Positions 50,538-59,085 of a stretch of DNA of 64,000 bases are shown here, piece after piece. Position numbers and translations under genes: made by a program. Source of the stretch: Trueperaceae bacterium (GTDB lineage: Bacteria > Deinococcota > Deinococci > Deinococcales > Trueperaceae); NCBI GenBank assembly GCA_965215565.1, contig CBDCDZ010000004.1, positions 224,001 through 288,000 on the forward strand. Direction: 5' to 3'. The notes under the pieces were generated by a model. The model was not told where the DNA came from. It saw only the letters and a list, made by a program, of their open reading frames with translations, and ran no database searches. The first letter of the stretch is position 1. Every line of letters starts with the position of its first letter.

Positions 50538-50799
50538 TAAATCACGCTAACTTGAAATTGGCGAGTCATGGGAAAGAAATCACAAATGATATTGTTAGGT
50601 CTTATTTTAAGAGGATAGGCTAGCGGGGTAGTCGTGTGAAGTTTGAAGAGGTAGAGTTGTATAAGCTGAGGTGCAAACACAGGTTTCATAAGCGAAAGCG
50701 TCAGGAAGATTAAAGAAGGGGAGATGTAAGCGGAAAGCTCACATCTTAAAGTCCCCGAAAGACGCTCAGATTAGCTCTGAGCACCTAAAATGTGTCGGA

Positions 50800-51924
50800 T
50801 TACGCTTTGCTTGCTATACGGTGCAATACTCGCGCTACCCAGTGTCTAAACGGCGTGCTTAGCGCCATCAAGGTAACAAGAGGTAGTATTGGCGCTACGC
50901 CCAGGTTCAGAAAGAGCGGTGAATTAGCCGCTACGAGTTCGCCTGGAATTGTGGCGAGTCTGTACGAGCCGTCAATGAACTGCCGCGCTACAGCAGCCGA
51001 CGGTAAGCCCCGCAGACCCTCTAAGTAGATGATCTCCGACTCCCGCTCCAAGAGCGCGAACATCGCGCCTTCCACGAAGATGCCGAAAAAAACTAGACCG
51101 CCAAGCTCGAGCTGCGCACCTGCCAAGATGAGGGCTAACCCTGCAAATTGAACTGTAAGCAACGCGCGCAAGCTCAAAGGTTTGCGGTAAAAGCAGGTCA
51201 CGATAACGCCAACGAGCGCCGCGAATTGCCGGAGCCCTTTGACCCGCCCCGCGTCGGTGCGTTCCCCAAGCAGCAGTTCTGACAGGGGGAATAGGGCAAT
51301 TTCCACCAGACCGTAGCAGGTCTGAATCGCGACGAAGACGATCACCCCCTTACCAAACGCACTCGGCGGATGGGTTGCGCTAGGGGGCGCTTCTTCGACC
51401 TCTTCTTCCGCCTCGAGAACTTTCTCCAAGCGATATGTTACGTACGCTGAAAAGATCAGCAGTACGATAGCCATACCGAAGGCGAAGCGCCAGCGGTTCG
51501 CTTCAACGAGAAACTCTGCCACTGGACTGAGGGCGGCGTTGGCGAGATAGAACCCGCCACCTGTGATGATAGTGGCGTTACGGGCTCCTAAAACCCTATC
51601 TACAAAACCTAAGTTAGCTGGAATGAGGAAAATCCTCGTGATTCCAACCAATAGGTAACCTGCTGGAAGGAGCGTCCGGTTCATCATCATGACGAGCGCT
51701 ACAACGCATATCATCGCCCCGTAGAGCAAGATGCGCTCGTCGGGAATACGGCGGATGTAGTAGCGCAGGAAGACAGATGCGGCTGCCACAATGTATGTGA
51801 CGGTCCGCAAATTCGCTAGGAGGGTTAGCTGGTCTGACAGCAGAAGGTCTGTTGTGACCCAACTCAGTGTTCCCCAAGCGAAAAAGAACAGAACCGTTAG
51901 AACGGTCAAGGTTTTTTTGTTCAC
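50800..51924 (-). CDS. Divergent MFS-like membrane transporter (ORFan-like, lower GC)
   Basis: About 11-12 hydrophobic segments in two halves with a central acidic loop; WRFAF motif. Confidence 0.65.
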   Translation of the reverse strand: MNKKTLTVLTVLFFFAWGTLSWVTTDLLLSDQLTLLANLRTVTYIVAAASVFLRYYIRRIPDERILLYGAMICVVALVMMMNRTLLPAGYLLVGITRIFLIPANLGFVDRVLGARNATIITGGGFYLANAALSPVAEFLVEANRWRFAFGMAIVLLIFSAYVTYRLEKVLEAEEEVEEAPPSATHPPSAFGKGVIVFVAIQTCYGLVEIALFPLSELLLGERTDAGRVKGLRQFAALVGVIVTCFYRKPLSLRALLTVQFAGLALILAGAQLELGGLVFFGIFVEGAMFALLERESEIIYLEGLRGLPSAAVARQFIDGSYRLATIPGELVAANSPLFLNLGVAPILPLVTLMALSTPFRHWVARVLHRIASKA

Positions 51925-52578
51925 TTTTTTCTTTGTAAATTTTCAATGTGCACGGTTGCTGAGCAACCTGGCGCAGTGCGCCATCATGAGTTGCCAAAGC
52001 AACCCGACACGAAAGACAGTGTTACATATCAACTGGCACGGCGTGAGGCTAACGGTTTTGACCTGTCGCGACGCTTAGATGGTTGTACGCATCCCATTTG
52101 CCACGCTTGCTGATACGTGCGTGAAATTTAGATAGTGGCTCTACTTGAAATGAAACTAATGTCAAAACAAGGTGTTCAACCCCCTGTTCATCACGTGGAG
52201 ACGGCAGAGAGAGCACGCGGCGGCATTCGTCTTAGAACCGCCACCAAAATTTGCTAGGAAACTAACGCCTTTTTTCTTGCCGCAATGGAGGGTGTTGGGT
52301 ACTTCTTCGGTGAAGATGAGAGTGCGTTATACATATATTCATTCTAATTATGAGGACTTGAAACGTAATGACGCGCTGTAGTGAATGGACTTTTTAGTAT
52401 GGAACAGAGCGGCCACAATTTTGAGAATAAGCGTTCAGAACAGCGTTTCTCGTGCTACGTAGACGACTTAAATAGTCCGACTTTGGACTACGTAGCCCAT
52501 TACGTACGCGGTTTTGCGGATGTGGAAAACTTAACAAACCTTCATAATCGTCCTACAACCACTCAAAGGGAGGACATC

Positions 52579-53229
52579 ATGAGTCGTTTTCTTAATCCGT
52601 GCACGAATACCAGCGCAGAGCCTAGGCAACCCGCCTGGCAACGTTACGAAGATTTCGAGGAAAGGTTGCCCAACCACGTGTTGGCGCAACGTGTAGCGGC
52701 TGCGGCCGGCGTCAGCACGCAAAGTGTGATCCGCGCGGCGCGGCGGCGCTACCGCAGCGAAGGCAAACGTGACCGCAGGCGCTTAGACGGTTGCCCCTAC
52801 ACGTTCGTGAGTCTGTCTCTCTGGGATGATTATATGCAAGTCGGTCACATCTTCCGCGTGCCTGAGCGCCCTGCCGGTTGGCTCACCGTCAAAGCGGTGA
52901 TCGCCCAAGGAATCGGCAAGCGCCGCGTTTACGAACTCATTCATAGCGGCGACTTAGAAGCTGTGTACGTGGGCAACACCATGTTCGTCGAGCCCGACTC
53001 AGTCACGCACTACCTGCGCGAACAGCGTGAGTATAAGCCGTGTGCGGGCTGGGTGCTCGTAAGCGAGGTGTACGAGAAAGCGGGCACTTCGAAGCAAGCG
53101 CTGTCGAACTACCTCAAGCGTCACGGCGTCCAGACGCGCCGCTTCAAGCACCCGGTAAGAGACCAGCATGTCGCTTACATGCCCGCCGAGGATGCCGAGC
53201 GCTACCTCGCCATCCCGAGAGACCGCTGA
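52579..53229 (+). CDS. Multi-HTH (excisionase/HTH_17-like) DNA-binding protein
   Basis: GGGAGG RBS; WLTVK..GIGKRRVYELIHSGDLEA..VEPDSV; two more HTH-like segments. Confidence 0.7.
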   Translation: MSRFLNPCTNTSAEPRQPAWQRYEDFEERLPNHVLAQRVAAAAGVSTQSVIRAARRRYRSEGKRDRRRLDGCPYTFVSLSLWDDYMQVGHIFRVPERPAGWLTVKAVIAQGIGKRRVYELIHSGDLEAVYVGNTMFVEPDSVTHYLREQREYKPCAGWVLVSEVYEKAGTSKQALSNYLKRHGVQTRRFKHPVRDQHVAYMPAEDAERYLAIPRDR

Positions 53230-54104
53230 TGCGCCCCTTACGTGGTGCTGCTTGCGTTATGGTGGCGCTACTCGTCGGGGGCGCGTTCGCGCAGAACTTC
53301 ACGCTGCGCTACCTCGATCTAAGCGACCTCTTCCACACACCTGCCACGCTCACGCTTTCGCCTGACTATCAAACCACGCTCCAGTTCGAAGGGTTAGCTG
53401 TCGAGCAGGTGAGCACGGGGCGCGCGGACCTGCTCACCGCCGAGGTCTCAGGGAGCACGATCCGGTTGCGGGCGAACGCGAGCGTCATCAACACCGACCT
53501 CACGGTTATCGCGGGGGGACGCACCGCCCTCTTCACCCTCCGGGCTGATCCTACCTCGGACGCTCCGCGCCACTACCTCGTCCGCGACTTGCCACCCGCG
53601 CCTCGAGGACCACCCCAAGCATCAATTCAAGAATCAACCAGGTCATCTACTGATACATCTGAACGTGGAGGGAGCACCGGAGGTGGCGATAACCAGCTGC
53701 AGGAAAGCCGCGCCGACTTGAGCGGGTCCGCGCGCAGCGTCGTGTCGCTGCCCGGCACGGATTTTCAAGCCTCGGCGTACCGCAACGGGGACGAAGTCGT
53801 GATCCAGTACGTGCTCAGCAACGTAGGAGACGATCCGCTCCACGTTGATCCGCAACGCCTCAAGCTTCACTACGGCGACGCCGAGTTGCCCTACACCCTC
53901 TGGCGCGTGCCCGAGCGTAAAAGCGACATCCGCCTAGCGCCCGGCGCGTCCGAATATGGCACGCTCATTATCTCGGATCCCCCACAGGGCGCGGACCGCG
54001 TCCTGCTGCGCTGGGTGCTCTCGCGCATCGGCTCGTCGACGTTCGGCACGCTCGAGTGGAACCTCACCCTGCCCCCCGTGACAGAGGGGTTGACGCAGCC
54101 CTAG
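53229..54104 (+). CDS. Secreted two-domain conjugation-like (VirB9/TraK-type) protein
   Basis: TGATG coupling to the HTH gene; signal peptide; paralogue of the 28306 N-terminus (FEG..V..GR.D..NTDL...GGRTALF). Confidence 0.7.
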   Translation: MRPLRGAACVMVALLVGGAFAQNFTLRYLDLSDLFHTPATLTLSPDYQTTLQFEGLAVEQVSTGRADLLTAEVSGSTIRLRANASVINTDLTVIAGGRTALFTLRADPTSDAPRHYLVRDLPPAPRGPPQASIQESTRSSTDTSERGGSTGGGDNQLQESRADLSGSARSVVSLPGTDFQASAYRNGDEVVIQYVLSNVGDDPLHVDPQRLKLHYGDAELPYTLWRVPERKSDIRLAPGASEYGTLIISDPPQGADRVLLRWVLSRIGSSTFGTLEWNLTLPPVTEGLTQP

Positions 54105-54112
54105 CGTTGGAC

Positions 54113-55591
54113 TTACTCGATCAGCCTCAGCCGCCGCGCTCTCGACGCGGCGGCTGTTCGCGTGGAGACGCCCAGCTTGCTGTAGACGTTGCTGAGGTGC
54201 GTGCTCACGGTGCGGTGTGAGATGTCCAACTGCTCGGCGACTTCTCGGTTGGAGAGCCCTTGCGCCACGAACTTTAAGACGTCTAGCTCGCGCTCGGTCA
54301 GCGCTTCGGCGAGGAAGAGGTCCGGCTCGTCCGCGCCGATGTTCGTGCCTATATTCGCGTCTACGTCATCTGACGTAAACGGCGAAGGCGCGCCAGAGAC
54401 GACGTTTTGCCCATACGTAGTGCCTTCTGAAGCTTGGGGCGCGCTCTCGCGTGCGGCTCCGCCGGGCGCTTCATCTGAGGTCTCAGGGTTGTCTTCGGGC
54501 TGCGGCGGTTCGGAGGTGGAGGCGAGGTAGTCCTTATAGGCACGCTCTAACTGCGGGCGTTCCCCTGTGGCGTCCACCTCGAGCCGTAAAAAGGACCGGA
54601 TGACGTGGAGTAGACGGTAGCACCCTGTCCCTAGAGGCTCGATGAGGTGGGCGCTGAGGAGCCCCTCGAGGATGAGCGTCAGGGTGTCCGGCTGGTCCAC
54701 TAAGTCCGGCGCGGCGCGCTCCAAAAGGGACGCGAGCGCCGAGTGTTCAAACGGACCCTCCAGCAAACTCGCCACCTTGAGTACGCCCTGCTCTCCGGCG
54801 CTGAGGCGCACGTAGCTCCAGCGTACCGCCTCGAACAGGCTGCGGTGGTGCGCGTCTTTGGCGTTCATCGTCCACAAATTGAGATAGGCGGGGTACTCGA
54901 GTTCTTGTAAGAGCGCCTGGGGCGACGCACGTTTAAGCTGCCGCGCCGCCGCGACGATAGCTAGAGGCAGTCCGTCGAGCCGGTGGCATAGCTGCGCGAT
55001 GGTCTGAGCGGTTTCGCCGCGCAGCGCGGCGGGCGCGAGGTTGGCGCTGCGGGCGAAGAGGGCTACCCCTTCGTTATAGCTGAGCGTTTCATTCTGGCTC
55101 AGATCGGGTAGCGGAAGGGCTGAGACCGTGAAGAGGTGTTCGTCCGCGAACCCGAGCGGGCGGCGGCTCGTCACCAAGATGGTGAGGTTCGGGCAGGCGT
55201 CGAGGAGAAAGCGCACACTGGGCGCGGCGGGTAAGAGGTGCTCGAACGTGTCCAACACGAGCAGCATCGCCCTGTTACGCAAATAGGCTCTTAGCGACTC
55301 CTTGATGGACCAGAGCGTCCGCTCCGAGTCAGGCAAGTCGAGCGCCTCCGCGACGGCGGCTAAAAAGACCACCCAGTTTTCAAGCTCTGCTAGCTCGGCG
55401 GTGACTGCGCCGTCAGGCAGCGTGTGGCGGACCGTGGACGCCACGGCGGACGCCAGCCACGTTTTGCCGACGCCCGGCGCGCCCGTAAGCGTGACGAGCT
55501 GGACGTCAGCGCTGAGGACGAGCCGCACACAGGCGCGCACCTCGTCAGCAGAGCGTTCTGTGATTCCCTCTGAGCGCGTATGCAACATCAT
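54113..55591 (-). CDS. NB-ARC/STAND ATPase fused to a LuxR HTH
   Basis: GAPGVGKT, LLVLDTFEH, VTSR, LDGLPLAI; LTERELDVL..GLSNREVA..TVSTHLSNVYSKLG. Confidence 0.9.
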   Translation of the reverse strand: MMLHTRSEGITERSADEVRACVRLVLSADVQLVTLTGAPGVGKTWLASAVASTVRHTLPDGAVTAELAELENWVVFLAAVAEALDLPDSERTLWSIKESLRAYLRNRAMLLVLDTFEHLLPAAPSVRFLLDACPNLTILVTSRRPLGFADEHLFTVSALPLPDLSQNETLSYNEGVALFARSANLAPAALRGETAQTIAQLCHRLDGLPLAIVAAARQLKRASPQALLQELEYPAYLNLWTMNAKDAHHRSLFEAVRWSYVRLSAGEQGVLKVASLLEGPFEHSALASLLERAAPDLVDQPDTLTLILEGLLSAHLIEPLGTGCYRLLHVIRSFLRLEVDATGERPQLERAYKDYLASTSEPPQPEDNPETSDEAPGGAARESAPQASEGTTYGQNVVSGAPSPFTSDDVDANIGTNIGADEPDLFLAEALTERELDVLKFVAQGLSNREVAEQLDISHRTVSTHLSNVYSKLGVSTRTAAASRARRLRLIE

Positions 55592-55650
55592 GATTATCCT
55601 ATCTTATTGTAATTGTAACTTCTCTTAGGCGCTGAGCACAGTATATCTCG

Positions 55651-55836
55651 TAGCAGGTATCATCTGGTTTGAAACACTCTCGCTTTTTAGAACATTGTTT
55701 CGCTCTGCGAAAACTGCGTAAGCAGCACGCACATTTTGAGATGAAATCCCGCAACGGCAGGGCGGCCTGCCCGTAACGCTAGTCCTTGCGGACAGAGATC
55801 TGCGCCCCTTTGTCTCAGTATGTTTTGGAAATGCTA
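55651..55836. mobile_element. MITE-like repeat, same family as 45340-45804
   Basis: TAGCAGGTATCATCTGG...GGAAATGCTA; shares GCAACGGCAGGG.GGCCTGCCCGTAACGCTAG. Confidence 0.8.
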
Positions 55837-56049
55837 TCGGTATACGCAATACGAATTCCGGTTGATTCGCTAGCACAGCGAATCAAGCCGAGCGAAATCT
55901 TCAGCTGCTCAGGTGCAGGTCTTGCCGGAGACGCAGGAGCGTCCGGTCCCTGGACCTCTCGCTCGAGGGTTCGTCCTTAGGTGCGCTTGTCAGTTATGAC
56001 CGCACCGTCTTCCGAGGTAGACTTTTGTATATGGACGTAACGAACAGAT

Positions 56050-56514
56050 ATGGCTGAACCCATAGAGACGGCTGAGCGCTCGGTCTGCGGGGGCTGCCCC
56101 TTCCGCGTGAGCAACCACGGCAAGCGCGCGCCCAAGGGGTGGTACAGCCGGGCTAACTTGCTGCGCTTGTGGCGAGGGGTCAGCGAGGGGGAACGGCTCG
56201 TCTGCGCCGAACTTCGGGCGGCGCAAGGCGGAGGGGCTAAGCGCGAATGCGCCGGGGCGCTCTATCTGGTGCTGCGCCACCTCGAGGCGGCTGAGCACGG
56301 GACGCTGCACCGCGCCGCGATTCCCCTAAGCACCGCCGGGCTAGCCCGCTGGCGCAGCAGGCTCGCGCCGACTCCTCTAGGGCGGCGCAGTGAAGCTGCC
56401 GCGCCGCCTTTCTACCTCTCCTCGTCCAGGGAATTGGGTGTTCCCTGGGACTGCCCCGTCACGAACGCCTCGGGTGACTTGGGGGATGAACTAGAGAATG
56501 AGGCGTTTAATTAG
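56050..56514 (+). CDS. Cys-rich hypothetical protein (DUF6283-like)
   Basis: CGGCPFR...LVC...ECAGA pattern. Confidence 0.55.
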   Translation: MAEPIETAERSVCGGCPFRVSNHGKRAPKGWYSRANLLRLWRGVSEGERLVCAELRAAQGGGAKRECAGALYLVLRHLEAAEHGTLHRAAIPLSTAGLARWRSRLAPTPLGRRSEAAAPPFYLSSSRELGVPWDCPVTNASGDLGDELENEAFN

Positions 56515-56598
56515 GTGTTGGCTTTCCAAACTGTCCTCTATCTAATGTGAGACCGCTTAACTGCATCTGAGCGGCGGCGTACCGCTAAACTCGAGTCG

Positions 56599-57912
56599 AT
56601 GGACCATGATGATACCCTCGGCGAAAGACGGCGGCGCGGCGTCCCCTGGCAGGAGAAGGCGGACGGTTATCAGGCGTATCAGCCAGCACCTGCGTCCTCT
56701 GCCGAGGAAGACGAAGAGCATATTAGGGATGAACAAGGTGCAGTAACGCCTAACGGGATTCCAAGCGCGCAGGGGCGCGTTCAGCGTCCGACGGGACCCG
56801 TTGCGGCTACGGGTGCGACACCTTCCACATCAACCGCTACCGCCAAAGGAACGCAGGGCGAGCCAAAGGTGCCGCGCAAAGGTCAGAAAAGTCCCCAGGA
56901 GACGAAGGCGATGTTGGCGCGTCTCAACCGCGAGGCTAGGGGCGTAGAGGACACCAAGCGGAGCGCGCGTCAGACAGAAGCTGCCCTGAAACGCAGGCGC
57001 GACGCGGCTGTAGCGGCTCAAAAAGGAAAGGCAACTGGTAACGCGCCCGCCCGTGTCACCCAGCGCCGCGCCGACGGGCGTGAGCGCGAGGTGCAGATGC
57101 GGCGCATCCGTCAGGACCGCAAGCGCAGCTTCTTCTCTCGGCTCGTCGAGCGGCTGCGCCACAAAAAGGTGGAGGAGGACGAGCAGCAATTAGGGGTGCT
57201 GGACCGGCTGCAGCGCGCACGTCTAGCGCGGCAACAGCGCCGCGAGCAAGCCGAGCTTGCCGCCGCTTACCGCGCGCGTTTCGAGAAGCTCGAGCGGACG
57301 CGCAACGCGCAGCGTCAGAAGGAGGGCGGGCGCGGCGAGCCGAAGGGCGTGCGCGAACGCAGCACGAAACGCGACGCCCAAGATATCGAGGCGCGCCTGC
57401 GCGACCGCGCCGAAAAGAAGTACCGCGAAGAGCGCGAGCGGCTACTCAAGCGCTACCGCGAGGAGCGCAGGCGTTTGAGCGCGCGCTACCGCGCCCACGC
57501 GGGCCGAACTGCTCAGGGAGGCGGACGTGCGCAGCCGCGTATACAACGGTTTCTAAAAACCCTGCGCCAGCGCCGCCTCATACGCTACCGACAGGTGCGC
57601 CGAGTCCGGCGTCTCAGGCGGGTCCGGCGAACGCGGCTGAGGATAGAGCGCGACCGGCTCGAGCGTAACCGCGAGTTGAGGCAGCGCGAGCAACTCCGGC
57701 GCGAGCAGGTCCAGCGCGAGCAAGCAAAGCCTGATCCGAGACGAGAACCACGTCACCGAGACCAAGAGCGGCGTGAGAGGACACGTCTCAACGCTGAACG
57801 TGCCGAGCGCCAACGCCGCGAGCGGCGCGTTCGTCAAGATAGGGAGCGGGAGCGCCGCGTGAGAGACCGCGAGCGGGAGCGGCGAAGTCGGGCGCGGCGC
57901 GAGCGCCGCTAG
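56599..57912 (+). CDS. Arg/Glu-rich coiled-coil hypothetical protein
   Basis: 437-aa ORF; leaderless TAAACT-N7-ATG; strongly basic C-terminus. Confidence 0.65.
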   Translation: MDHDDTLGERRRRGVPWQEKADGYQAYQPAPASSAEEDEEHIRDEQGAVTPNGIPSAQGRVQRPTGPVAATGATPSTSTATAKGTQGEPKVPRKGQKSPQETKAMLARLNREARGVEDTKRSARQTEAALKRRRDAAVAAQKGKATGNAPARVTQRRADGREREVQMRRIRQDRKRSFFSRLVERLRHKKVEEDEQQLGVLDRLQRARLARQQRREQAELAAAYRARFEKLERTRNAQRQKEGGRGEPKGVRERSTKRDAQDIEARLRDRAEKKYREERERLLKRYREERRRLSARYRAHAGRTAQGGGRAQPRIQRFLKTLRQRRLIRYRQVRRVRRLRRVRRTRLRIERDRLERNRELRQREQLRREQVQREQAKPDPRREPRHRDQERRERTRLNAERAERQRRERRVRQDRERERRVRDRERERRSRARRERR

Positions 57913-57983
57913 AAGAGGGCGTGACCCTAGCGGATATCTCGGCGGATATCTCGAGGGTCAACGAACACCGCTCGAGCATGGCT

Positions 57984-58676
57984 TTACTCTCCCTCGTCGC
58001 TAGGGCGGTGAAAGAGCGTGAGCGAACCTCCGGTCTGATCCTCGGGTGTAACTTGGAACGGCTGCGCAGCGCCGTTCGAAAAGAGGAGCGAGCTTTCGGC
58101 GGGCTGCGCCCCCTGCACGGTGTCTCTTTGGTAGAGCGTGAGCGATTGAGGCAGCCCTGTCTGTTCTGGCGCGCTTTCTGACGGGGCAGCTTCAGTGACG
58201 ACGGTCTGCGCGGGTGCGGTCTCGCCGCGCTGCCGCTTGAAGTCCTCGTAAAAAGCGATGACGGCGGGCACGTACGCTTGTGTTTCGTCGTAAGGGGGGA
58301 CGCCCCCATAGCGCTTGACCGCGTTCGGACCTGCGTTGTAGGCGGCTAGCGCGTGCTCTAAATTGCCAAAGGTGTCGAGCTGGGCGCGCAAATAGCGCGC
58401 CGCCCCCTCGAGGTTCTCGGCGGGTTGCCAGGGGTCCACGCCTAGCCCCTGCGCGGTCATCGGCATGAGCTGACCCAACCCGATAGCGCCAGCCGGCGAG
58501 ACGGCGTCGGCGCAGTAGCGCGACTCTTGCCAGACCAGCGAGGCGAGCAGCTCGGCTTCTAAACCGTGCCGCGCCGCCGCCGCCACGGTGTCCTCCCAAT
58601 GCTGGACCGTGATCTCGCCACACGCCAGGACCGAGTTTAAGGTGGCGAGGAGGAAGAGGGCACGTAAATAGGTCAT
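57984..58676 (-). CDS. Lytic transglycosylase (SLT domain), secreted
   Basis: QES..AVSPAGAIGLGQLMP..ALAAYNAG..ETQAYV. Confidence 0.93.
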   Translation of the reverse strand: MTYLRALFLLATLNSVLACGEITVQHWEDTVAAAARHGLEAELLASLVWQESRYCADAVSPAGAIGLGQLMPMTAQGLGVDPWQPAENLEGAARYLRAQLDTFGNLEHALAAYNAGPNAVKRYGGVPPYDETQAYVPAVIAFYEDFKRQRGETAPAQTVVTEAAPSESAPEQTGLPQSLTLYQRDTVQGAQPAESSLLFSNGAAQPFQVTPEDQTGGSLTLFHRPSDEGE

Positions 58677-58755
58677 AAGTAGAGGGTCTTACGCAGAACT
58701 TTAGCTTTAGCGCTTTCTATTGTAACCCAGCCCCCCGCGTCTTGCGCACATTATA

Positions 58756-58932
58756 TAGCAGGTATCATCTGGTCAGCTTGGGCGAAGCCATGCGAAGCAA
58801 CGCTCTCACTAAGAAGAACATCGCCTAGCACGCACTTTCAGGGATGAAGTTCCGCTATTGCTGCGCAATGAGATCTGCGGAGAAGTGTTGCTTCGCATAG
58901 TTGCACTCAAGCAATGATAAGTGGAACTGCTA
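58756..58932. mobile_element. MITE-like repeat, same family
   Basis: TAGCAGGTATCATCTGGTCAG...GTGGAACTGCTA; core nearly identical to 45491-45673. Confidence 0.8.
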
Positions 58933-59085
58933 ATAAAACGCGAACCAAAACGCTTCGCGAGCTAGCGGAGCGCAGAGGTCAAGGCGCGCTTCGTCAAACG
59001 TGAGACAGTCACGGGTAACCGGGCTGTTTCATAGTGGAAAGACTTGGGCGCGCCTCGCGGGGTAGCCTAGAGTGAGGAGGACGAC

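Noticed and set aside
41115..52400. Prophage or integron cassette array
   Set aside because: No phage structural genes, integrase or attC-like sites; islets are in mixed orientation and separated by host-like genes.
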